Positions 1 to 11,129 of a stretch of DNA of 64,000 nucleotides are shown in pieces. The notes beneath the pieces are model-generated. The model was given only the letters and a program-made list of their open reading frames with translations. It was not told the DNA's origin and searched no databases. Within the stretch, counting starts at the first letter, position 1. The number at the start of each line of letters is the position of its first letter. A program made the translations under genes and the position numbers. Where the stretch lies: the NCBI GenBank assembly GCA_008632985.1, contig QPGO01000023.1, positions 493,681-557,680 on the forward strand, written 5' to 3'. Source of the DNA: Psammoneis japonica. Taxonomy: Eukaryota.

Positions 1-1100
1 TGCCATGGCTGTGTGAGCTGAGATCAAAGAGTGCTGGTTCTTGGGAGACATTCATGTGCTTCCATTCATTTTCTGGTCAACTTGGGCTTTTTCTCATTTC
101 TTGTGTCGCTGCATCATTTTACAACATTTTCTTGACCCACACTGTGTGTTTTGATGTGTTTTGTGTTGCAGTGAAATGAGGCCTCTGCTTGCTCGTGCTG
201 CCAACAGTTTTTCCTGCATGTGGCTGCCAGCTGCCAGCTGCCACTCTCTAGCTGCTGCCAGCTGGAGAGCAATGGGAGTCATTCAAAAATGTCGCAAGAG
301 TCACAGCTGGCATTTTGCATGAGAAAAAACACCAAATCATGCAGAAATGTGCACAATGTCATGCAAGAGGGTGGTTGGAGCCAGTGACTTTTTGGGAACT
401 GAGTTGAAATGTCATCTGACCAAAGGCATTTTGATTTGCACAGAAAAGAGCAACACAACCTTTGGTCAGACAACATTTCAATTGATTTCCTGAGAAGTTT
501 GACATTCAAACACGGATGGGTGGACAGACTGCCAACAATTGTTTCTGGTGCTCTTTTGCACAATTTCCACACAATGAGCATGCGGCATCTTACGTGATTT
601 CATCCTCTGACAAAGTGACAAGTCAAGAGCAACTCCGTCAGTCACACCGAGGTGTGGACATGGCGCAACATGCCACGTCTCATTAAAATCAACAAAGGAC
701 ACAGAAGTGAGAGAACATTGGCAACAGCACCGCTGAGAATCGAGCGGCACTGACCTGCATCTTCGTGCGTGCTTTTCCAAATTTGATGTTGCTTTGAGGT
801 TTTAAACAAAACAGAAATCCACAATTCTTGATGACACACAGTGGGGCCAACCCAGCAGGATGCATTGTGCGGTTGCTCCCAATGATGAAAAAAGAAATGG
901 GGAAAACGGTGCAAATTTGAGACATCATGCCGCAAAGTGGACATGCACCATCTGCTTGCTTCATTGTGCTCGCTGCACTTGGCTGAGAAAAGCAGGAATT
1001 CCACAGTGCACACTCACAGCATTCAACGATGAATGTCCACAATGCACGCTTGTCTTGGATGACGTTGCTTGTCCAATCAGATTTTCGTGCCGACACGTTT
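1..1100. mobile_element. Degenerate repeat-derived sequence, TpA-depleted; family not identified
   Basis: Almost no TA dinucleotides, Cys/His-rich Tyr-free ORFs, frames broken by TGA; abuts a palindromic tandem repeat. No recognisable domain. Confidence 0.4.
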
Positions 1101-1212
1101 CTGTTGAAGTTGTTGAAAGTCACGTCTTTCAACGAAAAGTTGCTGAAAGTCATGTCTTTCAACAAAAAGTTGTTGAAAGTCATGACTTTCAACAAAAAAA
1201 AGTGTTGAAAGT
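1101..1212. repeat. Tandem ~30-bp palindromic repeat (ACTTTCAACAA-AAAG-TTGTTGAAAGT), 3-4 copies, with one more copy at 2831-2858
   Basis: Units cacgtctttcaacgaaaagttgctgaaagt / catgtctttcaacaaaaagttgttgaaagt / catgactttcaacaaaaaaaagtgttgaaagt; the array resumes as gactttcgacaaaaagttgttgaaagt after 2830. Confidence 0.9.
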
Positions 1213-2830
1213 TAACGGGGACCCCCCGCAAGTCTGTGCGTCCATCCAAAAGAGCATCTTTTTTGATTCCAATGCAACCTTTCTCGTGTTGTCACCGCGA
1301 TAATTTCTGTGGCAGTCTGTTGCATGCCAACCTTGTTCTGGCTGTTCTGTTGGTGATCCTTTTCAACAAATTGTTCACTCTGCTCCTGTTGCTGAGGTTT
1401 GGTTGAAACGATCGCCAGCAGAAAGTGTTTTTTGTCAACAACAATTGTGTTTCTCAATGTCACCGTTGTCAGTTGCCAAACGGTGTCAGTTGGATTGGTG
1501 GTGCATCAAACTAACACGCACTCAGTCAGAGGCACCGGAAACCGCAAAAGCACTCCAAACTGTCTCCTGTGGGAATGCCCACCCATCAAAGAATGGCAAG
1601 CACAAGGGACACAAGCCTGGTTGGAGCTGGGACAACTGCAACTCTTGATTTTGATTTTGTGAACGCTCGGTTCTAAATTGGCGTCTTGGAATCATGTTCA
1701 AACAGCAACAGTGACCACCACTGCCGTGGAGCAACTCCCACAGTCGAGTGTTGGAACCGCACAAATGGCAACCACCACTCGAGCACATCCCACAGTGGTG
1801 CGCAGAGAATGTTCAACACGCCACTCATCTTTGACGAATGCAGAAACACTCTGCCGCAGTGTGTGTTGTGGCATGTGTGTGTTCGCATCCTGCATTGATG
1901 GCAACAACTGCTCAAGCAACTTGTGCTCAACAAAGCGCCACTTTGATGTCTTAAGATGCCAACCACTGCTCGAGCCACTCCCACACAACGAAATGGGGCA
2001 ACCCAACAAGGCAGTCGCTTTGTGTTTTCACGGATCTCCCAACTCCGATCATGCTCTGCAAAGCATCAAATTGTTGTCTTAGAATCATGTGCTGACAGTT
2101 GTTGCCACTCAAGACACTCCCCTGGCAACCCAACATGCTGGTCACGTTGCAATTGCGTTTTTGAGGATAGCCTGATTCCGGCAGTTGCTGCTGGACTGCT
2201 GGGGCTCACATTTGCAAAATCATCCGACAGATCAATGTCAACCAATTTCTCACCGGATCCCATGGTTCTGCCATGATCATTAGTTGCAGCTTCTCAATTA
2301 CTCTGAGGTGGCACTTCTGAACTGACAAAAGTGTCAGGAGCAGCAGCATTGTTTTCATCCATGTAGCCTGCTTCAGACGGTGTCTGAGTGGCTTCCAAGA
2401 CAGCCGTGTCGTCCTTTTCTCTCACTTTGCTTGGCGCCCAATCCTCAGAAGTAAACACCCTTCAGGCTCTTGTGCTTCACAGTAGCTGCACTGGAGGTCT
2501 TCACCCGACCAAGTGACAGTGTAGCAGCACAACCCTCGGCACAGTTGTCTGCGCGAAGGGTGACCGAATGTGAGGCGCCTCAGAAGGCAGACGAGATGTT
2601 GGACTGAACAACTCCCAGAAAGATGCCACACAGTGGGGCCCACAATATAAGGCCACTGTCCATCCATACCCATTGAAAGGCCTCCGGAAAGGCGGTGACA
2701 AGAAGCCTTACGGCGTCAGTAATCGTCATGGTTGATTTGCTGTTCTTGTGACGGAAAAAACATCGCGTGTCTGTCGCGGAGCGGAATCAGCTACGGGTAA
2801 CGTACAGACTTACGGGGGGTCCCCGTTAAC
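1211..2830. mobile_element. ~1.6-kb TIR DNA element, probably non-autonomous, flanked by TTAA (or TA)
   Basis: gttaacggggaccccccgcaagtctgtgcgt (1211-1241) is the reverse complement of 2800-2830 except for two TA->CA/TG changes; the element interrupts the 30-bp tandem array. No intact transposase seen. Confidence 0.8.
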
Positions 2831-3580
2831 GACTTTCGACAAAAAGTTGTTGAAAGTTATTTGGCGATAAACGCTGCAATGACTTTCTTGTTATCGAAAG
2901 CTACAAAGCTGTACAAATGAGAGCATTCGTTTGCAGAGTGCAACTATTCATTGCTTACGTGTGAAGGGCAATAGGCTAAATTTTGTACTGTCCAATTTCC
3001 CCAACAGTGTCGTACAGTAATGCGGACATTGCAAATTGATAAAGTTATACAAGAATGTAGCATTTCAATTTGAGTCGTAGTTTCAACACACTTTGAGGCG
3101 ACTCCCTGGTTGACGAATCTTCTAGAGATTGCCGTATGGAGCTACACAGAAATAAGTAAGTAGAATCCTACATGGTTTGTACCGGCATGCCAAAAATGAA
3201 ACTCGACAAGCTGTCCAATGACATCCTTGATGCAGAATTTCAGATTCATATATAGGAAAAATACGTACATTTCTATGTACGGGATCACTTCACACCAAAT
3301 TCTCATCCGATGCGCGACATGCGATCGACGACACTCTCCTCTCTCCTCATCTACGGTACCGTATGAATAGGGCCCTACTGTGCCCATCCAGCATGTAGGG
3401 CCCTACGTATCTCACGTTGAAGTTGCGTATTCTGCGTTGTAAGATCTGCAGCAAGGTACAACAACAACAAGAGACCAGGACATCGTCGTTACCTTATCCA
3501 CCGTACATTATCATAGCCTACGTTCACTTATCACAACGTCTTCTCCTGTCTACGCTGGCGAGAACAAGAACACGTCCACG

Positions 3581-5296
3581 ATGAAAGCGCACGGTACACT
3601 GAATCTGTCCCTCTCGTCATCAATGGCTTTGTTCTGTGTTGTTTCCGCCACAACAGCGCATCAGCAGGCCGGTGCTAGCAACATGTGCGACGACAGCAAA
3701 TGTCGCAGCCCCGGCTTTTCGTCTGGAACCGACTGTTGGGCTTCAATCCGGGGTTCCATAATATGGAAACTGCCCTCGTGTATAGACGACTATGAATGAA
3801 AGACCTTTCAAGCATGGCCTCCTTCTACGATGCTCCGTCAAACATCACGTACGGATGGTATACATGTTGTCCTCCAGAACACAACGAACCTCTTCCCCAG
3901 GAAGAATGTACAGACCAAGAATGTACCAGTCCCAATGGCCGAGGGGGAACGGATTGCTGGGCAGATGCCCCCCATGAACCCATGACGTGTGACGGTGGCG
4001 AGTACCGCTTTCCCCGACACACCACCGCTACGTTCCGACACTACTCTCGTTGGTATTATAATTATGTGTGCTGCAAGACAGACAATGGAACTCCGGCGCT
4101 CCGAAGGCAGCTCCACACAGGAGAGGCAATGAGGGTGTTCCTCGGATGCCTGGCCTTATGTTTCACTCTTGTTCTCATCTTGGCTATCCTATGCTCTCGC
4201 CAAGCGCGAAGAAACCCGTTCAATCTCTATCTTGTTACCTTGACGATTCCAGATGCCAGTCACTCTGCCTTAGCCGTTGTATTAGGATCAGGGGCCATCA
4301 GCGGAAACCTAGTATCATCCAGCGCTATGATATTCATAACCTACTTCTACAATGCAGCAAACATTTGGTTAAACTCGGTGGTGGCATTTCAATTGTACCG
4401 GATTCTCCGTGAGACAAAGTTTGCGAGACGAGTTGCCCCACCCTCCATCATGCGTGTGTGGACGGAAACAGCAATTGTCTATTCCTTTGCAATCGCTGTA
4501 GGGGTTGGTTCTGTTTTCATCTTTAGACGTCTGCAGTTTCGCGAAGACTTTCATAAGATTCTCGGGGTTCTGTGGGTTGTTATTGCTCTTGTCCCCCTTC
4601 TATACGTTGGGTACATCTGTGTCCGTATTTGGATGGGCAATTTGCTCTCAATTTCTCGACGGACAAGAGTGATGGCACTCTACTTTTTGAGAATCATCCT
4701 TGTATATTATCTTTTCTTTCTTCCCTGTGCCATTTTGCAAGTCGTCGAAGCAGGAAATGTTGATTGGGACGGGCTACCTTTGACTTACGTCCATTGGTAC
4801 GTTGTTTGTAAAAGGCGGTATTGCAGTCTTAGTATCACATATTTCATCCATCGTTTCATGCTACGTGTTCTTCAGGTACATATCTTGTTTACAATCAGTT
4901 GCGTCAGTGTTAATGGCTCTAACGAAACCCGAGGTGCTCGTTGCGACGAAGAAATTGCTACTGTGCGCCTTTATGAACCACCAAAGTAATGCGGATGGAG
5001 ATACTCCGAGTGATGCTATTGATATGTTCTATCGATCCGACTCGTCAGAGCCGCTGACAGGTTCAGTCAGGAGACTTTCCACTATTCTTGTTTGGGGGGA
5101 GTTATATCGAAAGAACTCGTCCTCACGTGTTGTAGATCAAGGCATTGATAAACAGGAGGCCGTAGAGAGAGAAGACGCATCTGCTGGCAGTAGCCAGCAT
5201 GATGAAGAAGAAGGAGAAGCACCATGTTGTGAACTTGCTTCCGAAGAGTCGTTTCGGGAGAACGAACTGGATAAAAAACGATCACGCAATTGCTGA
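3581..5296 (+). CDS. Multi-pass (7TM, GPCR-like) membrane protein with Cys-rich extracellular N-terminus, copy 1; 1-nt frameshift near 3796; intron 4797-4875
   Basis: Signal peptide, two C.SP....TDCWA Cys repeats, hydrophobic helices with RRNPFNLYLVTL motif; GT..AG intron restores W-Y-I-S-C-L-Q; gactatgaatgaaa versus gactatgaagtgaaa in copy 2 shows one missing base. Confidence 0.75.
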
Positions 5297-5724
5297 TAGT
5301 AGCAGGCACGGAAAGCAAGTGTCTCCTCTCCCCTCACGTCAACAACCACCGCAATAAGAACATGATTGTTCTGTTGCCACATCTACTTCATTGATGGCAG
5401 CTTCACCCAGCACAGATCGTTCACTCAAATGACAGAAAAATGGAGAAACCTCCTTCATGTATACACGCTCACGAAGAAAAAGTGCGGGGTCGAATTTCTG
5501 ATGGAGTCGATCGCGGAAACTTTAGTCGAAATGATTAGATGACTGGATTGGTAAGGACTTGATCACGAATATTCAGAGCCTCAAAATATTTTCTGCGGGA
5601 CTGAGCCCGACATCGAAATTAACTTGCAGTGATGTTAAACTTTTAAGTTTTTTCGTACACTCAGCCAGTAACATTCACATTTTCCGCCCTCTTTGGTGTA
5701 TGGACAACAGCCTTGCTATAGAGG

Positions 5725-6894
5725 CTATTTGAGCAACTTGGCAATCAATTCATTGGCTAGAGAAACCACCCTTTCCGAGTACTTGTCCCACTCATATGGC
5801 TTTTTGGTCTCCGGATCTTCAATTTTCAATTTGTCCTTGGGCCACGGGTTGCCATCGGCATGAAGGTAGGCTCCTTGCAACGCGGCTTCTGTGTTGAAAT
5901 CGGGATCCAAGGAAGCCCGCAAGGCAGCCCGAGCCCCCTGACTGGGAGAAAACTGAAAGAGATAGAAGCCATAATAGTAAATCATTCCCATGATCCCCAA
6001 AGATGCTCCAAAATTACTGGCAATGCTTCCTGGTTGTTGGGAGGTAAAGTTGATGGATGGCTCTTTTTTGGCCAAGTGATGCGCAGCCGCCACATCACCA
6101 AGCTTGGCCCGTCCATAATTGAGGACCAAGTCCAGGGTGCCACTGGTACAGTTGCCGTCGTCATCGAATTTAAGGGCCCCTTCGGGTGCGCCTCCTTCGG
6201 CGGGCTTGTCGAGTAGTTGTTGGGGGTCAAAGTCCAAGGACAAGCAGTATCCAAGAGAAGCTACAAAGACGCAGCGAGGCTTGTAGGTGGAGGTCGCAGC
6301 AGCCTTCAAAGGCGGCAAGAGTTTTTCAGTCAGCAAGTGAGGAGCCAAAAAATTGCGACCAGTATTGGCCTCTACGCCTTGTTTGGTGACCCGATAGTCG
6401 GGAACACTGGCCCCGGCGTTGTTGATCAGTACGTGTATCTTGCCACCATAATCCTTCTTGGCAATTTCCTCAGCTTGCGCGGCCGCCGACACTGCAGATG
6501 TCAAGTCATCGAGATCGTACTTGGCATGATAGAGCTTGGGTTCGGGCAGACCGCGTTTCTTGGCTTCTGCCTGAATGGATTCTTCGGCCTTTTCGAGCTT
6601 GGTGGTGTTGCGTCCCATAATTACCACACCCATTCCCGCACTGAGAGCGAGTTCTTCCGCCATGTGGTATCCAGCTCCTCCCACAGTAACTCCAGTGACA
6701 ACTGCTAGCTTTCCTTCTACAGATTCCTTGGCTTGGGGGGCCTCCTTGAACAAGGTCGCACAGTATGTCTTGGCGTTTGGTGCCTTTCTTGCACTTTGTA
6801 ACCAAAAGTAGAGCTGTGTGCTGCGCAAAAAGGCGTAGTTCTTGGTGGCCGTGGCTTCGTCGAGAGGCACGTTAGTGTTTCCAGCAAATCCCAT
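5725..6894 (-). CDS. Short-chain dehydrogenase/reductase (retinol dehydrogenase/WWOX-like)
   Basis: 389-aa ORF with VVTGVTVGGAG (TGxxxGxG-like), LINNAG and YGRAK (YxxxK) motifs. Confidence 0.9.
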   Translation of the reverse strand: MGFAGNTNVPLDEATATKNYAFLRSTQLYFWLQSARKAPNAKTYCATLFKEAPQAKESVEGKLAVVTGVTVGGAGYHMAEELALSAGMGVVIMGRNTTKLEKAEESIQAEAKKRGLPEPKLYHAKYDLDDLTSAVSAAAQAEEIAKKDYGGKIHVLINNAGASVPDYRVTKQGVEANTGRNFLAPHLLTEKLLPPLKAAATSTYKPRCVFVASLGYCLSLDFDPQQLLDKPAEGGAPEGALKFDDDGNCTSGTLDLVLNYGRAKLGDVAAAHHLAKKEPSINFTSQQPGSIASNFGASLGIMGMIYYYGFYLFQFSPSQGARAALRASLDPDFNTEAALQGAYLHADGNPWPKDKLKIEDPETKKPYEWDKYSERVVSLANELIAKLLK

Positions 6895-7118
6895 TGGTGG
6901 CTGTTATTTATGATTGGAGTACAGCCGCAGGGACAAGATGTAAGGAGAGAAGGAAGTATAATACCGTAGGGCTCTAGTTGTTGTAATCTCTTGTAACTTG
7001 TAATACAGAGTGCTTGCTTTGTGCCTTGCGCGCGTCACGCTCCAAAAAATTTACTGGGGGAGCTTGGAAGAGACACGGATTTTTACTTTCACTTCACGCA
7101 AAAATCAACATCGCAGCC

Positions 7119-8059
7119 ATGACGATGACGAAACACAACCCCGCATGTAATGCGCATCGAGTCAATTGAGCCTTGACAGTGTGGAGACGGTGTCACGGTC
7201 TTCATTGAAAGATGATGATGTGAGAGCGACTGGAGCGGCCCCAGCGACGCCGACTACAAGTCAGACTCGGAAAGCATCAGCGGCAGCCTCCTCTGCTGCG
7301 GATGATCTCAATCCAAAAGATTGTCAACACATTATGGATCATGTTGACAAGTGGTTCAATGAGCAGCTAGAAATTGTGTGTGTGGATGAAAAGCTTTGTG
7401 AAGCCGGCTCGGACAAGGTCATGCCGATGCTGAGCAAGAATCGCGACCAAATGAAGGCCATGAGCAAGAGTGCGCTGCATTTGTAGCCCCAGAACTCTCC
7501 GGAGGAATTGCTGCAGCAACTTGAACTGTTTGAGAGACTGCACAAGTTGCATGACCAAAAAACAATTAAAAGGTGCATCCTGAGCACATGCTTGGAAATG
7601 ACGAAAGAGCTCCGGCGGGATTTGTCATGCTGGCTCGGCAGCGAGTTGACGCCAGAAGGTCACGTTTTGGACAATGATGGCGAGGCTCCTGGGGATGCAT
7701 TTTTGCGCCTGCACTAGATGCCACCAAATATAGAAGGTCTTGGAGACAAGGGGTTTGAGAAAACAGATCGTTTGTCTCCTCGCTTTGCCAGAATTCGGAT
7801 GCCACGGTTGTTGCGAGAACGAGAAGTCAAGCAACATCATGAGCTGGAGCTCTCCGACAAGCATGATCTTTGTCGAGCACGGCACCCTGTGGAAACTACT
7901 TTTGCTCGTCTGGTGGCAATGGCTGGCCTTCGTGATGGAGTGCCACATGAAAATTTGTGCCTGGTGCCGCACATGCTGGAATGGGGTCACGCCGAGATGA
8001 ACGTTGGTTGGCCACTGCGAAAGCCGGGAATGAACAGCGGTCTTCCATGCGACTGCTGA
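7119..8059 (+). pseudogene. DDE_Tnp_4-type (ISL2EU/Harbinger-like) transposase relic, internally deleted
   Basis: C-terminal GDKGF...P....Q...E.....L.RARHPVET.FARL...L...VP......N...PL pattern matches the ISL2EU/Harbinger catalytic C-terminus; stops and frameshifts present. Confidence 0.7.
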
Positions 8060-8194
8060 CATCTCTAATTTAGAAGAAGTGCTGTTTATCTTGTTTGTTG
8101 TTGATTTTATCATTGTTCTTTTTAAGTCTGCTGCCACGCACAAAGTGCTGCTGTCCACTGCTGTCAGAACTGGCATCGCAGCGCCGCAAATTTT

Positions 8195-8930
8195 GTCGGC
8201 AGCATGTCTGGATGAATGTTCGGATCTGCTAGAGGTGTGAACACAAAAGCAACCTCATTGGAAAGCTCTCGTTCTGTAGATGATGTCATTGCTGTTGATT
8301 GTGTCACAGTTCTGAGTTGTTCTAAAGCAACGCCCACTTGAGCGAAATGCATTGGGATTTGGGCGCTCAAGAGTGCGGGGTCGGCAGATTGTCTAGATGA
8401 TGATTCGGATGTGCTAGAGGCATGAAAACAAAAGCAACCTCGTTGGAAAGCTCTCGTTCTGTAGATGATGTCATTGCCATTGATTGTGTCATAATTTTAA
8501 GTTCTTCTAAAGCAACGGCCACTTGAGCGAAACGCATGGGATTTGGGTGCGCAAGTGCGGGGTCACGTCGGCAGCACATCTAGATGAACATTCGGATCTG
8601 CTGGAGGCATGAAAACAAAAGCAACCTTGTTGGAAAGCTCTTGTTCTGTAGATGATGTCATTGCCATTGATTGTGTTGTAAGTCCAAGTTCTTCTAAAGC
8701 AACGCCCACTTGAGCGAAACGCATTGGGATTCTGGCGCGCAAGTGCGGGGGGTCAGCAGCACATCTAGATGAACATTCGGATCTGCCAGAGGTGTGAAAA
8801 CAAAAGCAACCTCGTTGGAAAGCACTTGGTCTGTAGATGATGCCATTGCCATTGATTGTGTTTGTCGCAAGTCTAAGTTCTTCTAAAGCAAGGCCGACTT
8901 GATCGAAATGCACTGGGATTTTTGGGCGCG
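8195..8930. repeat. Tandem repeat, four copies of ~185-187 bp
   Basis: Units start at 8195, 8380, 8567 and 8752 (gtcggcagca.gtct.gatg...); the minus strand repeats the peptide IPMRFAQVGVALEEL...SSTERELSNEVAFVF. Confidence 0.95.
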
Positions 8931-9141
8931 GAATCCAGCCAGCTGTTGTTTGCAGGAAGCCGCAGATCTGGATCTGCTTCTAGCGGACGAATCATCGAAG
9001 TCCACACAACTGCAACACATTTCTCATAAAACATTCTTGTTTGCTGCTGGCAGAAGAAGAAGCTTGACACAGCAAACATTGGAGTTCATTTCATGCAAAG
9101 CATCGCTGTTCATTTCCAGCGGATGAACAAGCGGCGCGGCA

Positions 9142-10196
9142 TCAAGAAGTCACTGCAAATGTGATCTGCTCGATCAAAAATGGAGTGTGATTGACAGGAG
9201 ATGGTGGCATTGCTCTCTCAAACATGCCTTGGTCTGTGCACCTCTGCATCTGACGAAACACACACAGAGTTGCAAGAACATGAGAGCACATGCCATGCCC
9301 ATCGTAGCAACCGCAGCAGGAGAACAGATGTGGCAAAAAATCCTTGGATGAAGCATCAAAACCAATGTAAACTGTGTGTCCTTGTTGACAGTTTTGCCAG
9401 ACCAAACTGAGAGCTGTGGCAGAATGTGATTGAAAACCTTGGAAAATGCAATGTTGTGCATGTTTTTGTTGCAGTCCGTTCCAAGGAGATTGGCCATCGC
9501 CGCCCAGTGCTGGAATGAATGCTCCCTGGTGCGATGCCCATCAGCAAGATTGTCACTTTGGCACTGCTTCCACTTGCAAGCATCAAAGTCAACCTTGTGA
9601 CAAATGAGCTTTGCACCAAGGATTGCTGTGTCACCATCCTCTGTCATGACAGCATCAATCCGAACCTCTGCCTCCATCTTCACGAGCTGATGTTCTGCTT
9701 CAAACGGAGTGCATTCATGCTCAACGTTGTCACACTTCATCCACACTGCCAAGCAGATGATCATGTCTGCATTTGAATCACACAGAGCTTGGACACACTT
9801 TGCTGCCTCGCCACAATCAGAATCAGGTGTCGGAATGCCATCTCGGGCTTTGCCAAAGAACTCCTTCATCCACTTGTTGGCTTTCTGGATGGTTCTGACT
9901 CAAGCCTCTTGGGCCACACTCTTCATCGGATGACGACACCCATCAAATGCAAAGACTGGAGCAATGCCCACAGACACAAGCTTCTTGTGTGTTGACTGAA
10001 GAGCTGTCAATGAGCTCTTTGGCGGATGCGGTGGATCCGACATCCTGCACTGAGCCGCGGCATCCTTGTGACAGTTCTTGTGCAGCCAAACCGACATGTC
10101 GACCCCAAGTCTCTTCCCTTGGGCATCACTGAAGGGAACAGAGGGTTGAGTGTTGATGGGGCCAAGCGCCTTGAGCCACAGACCTCCAACTCCCAT
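9142..10196 (-). pseudogene. XPG/Exo1/FEN1-family nuclease fused to a SWIM zinc finger (TE second gene), degenerate
   Basis: XPG-N: MGVGGLW...GKRLGVDMSVWLHK...PVFAFDG; XPG-I: PFEAEHQL...IDAVMTEDGD; H3TH: LLGTDC (consensus GxDY); then CGCYDG.GMCSH (SWIM). In-frame TGA at 9900 and a frameshift near 9400. Confidence 0.8.
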
Positions 10197-11129
10197 CTTG
10201 CGTGACGGGTTCTGTCATGGTCGCTGCATTGCAAATTTCGTGCAAAACAAGGAGGAAAAAAAATCTGATTCGGCGTTCTCCCCCAGCAAATTTTCTGGAG
10301 CGTGACATTTTTCTGCGCGCGGTTCTGCGGGGTGCGAGACTCCTTGTGCCTGCCTTGATTGGTTGATTTTGTCTTGCCGGCACAGCAGCAGCACTCACAA
10401 AGCACACAAAGTGGAACCTGAAATCCGCAGAGAGAGCTTCCTTGTTCCATTGATGAGCGCCCCTCTCCAGGGTGCATTTCCTGATGAAAAAGGGGGGCAG
10501 CACCAGCTCTCACTTCTTCTTCTTCTTGTTGCAAGGGAGCTCCCGCATGGCATGATGTTGAGCAACAAGCCTTGACTCTTTGCCCCCAATGAGTCACTCC
10601 CAAACACAAACATGGCAAACAAAGCATCTGCTGTCAAACATGATGACACTGGCAACAAAGAGAGGTGGGCAAGAAGCTGGTGTGCCCTTCTCATGGAAGC
10701 TGCTTTGTCAATTCCTTGTTTGAGCTCAAATTGGTCTGCAGGTTGCCATCCTTGCCATTGCCAGCCTTGTTGTTGATCACAAGGAAAGACAAGCACCTTT
10801 CTTGGCAACAAAGTTGCAAGTGCAAGAAAATCTCCCCTGGCACCACACCAACAAAACAGCTTGTTTTTCATTTGTGCTGGAGGCAGGTTTGGCAGCCCAG
10901 AAATTGTGGAGCAGCAGCTCAACACCCATTGAGGAAATGGCTGCTCATGAATCTTGAAGCCAAAGCAGCATCAAAGAACATTGAGGCTTTGTTGCCACAG
11001 GCATGGCAGCTGCTTCATCAAGTCCAAGAAAGAGAAAGTCACCAGCCCTGGTGTGCATTTTGCCCACATTGTCAGCTCTTTCTTTGTCTTTGTTGTGAGC
11101 AAGAACACAGTGCTGCTGGGTGCTGGGCA

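Larger units (their letters stand above)
7034..10306. mobile_element. Decayed ISL2EU/PIF-Harbinger-like DNA transposon with two convergent genes
   Basis: 29-bp inverted repeat gtcacgctccaaaaaatttactgggggag (7034-7062) versus ctcccccagcaaattttctggagcgtgac (10278-10306), enclosing a DDE_Tnp_4-like relic (+) and an XPG+SWIM relic (-). The true termini may lie slightly outside. Confidence 0.75.

Noticed and set aside
1101..1212. Palindromic 30-bp repeats as a CRISPR array
   Set aside because: Units are directly adjacent with no unique spacers, no cas genes are present and the context is eukaryotic.
94..2276. Many 60-190 aa ORFs as real genes (also at 10300-12900, 38700-40000 and 57500-63100)
   Set aside because: They overlap in all frames, lack Tyr and have no domains; expected by-product of stop-codon loss.
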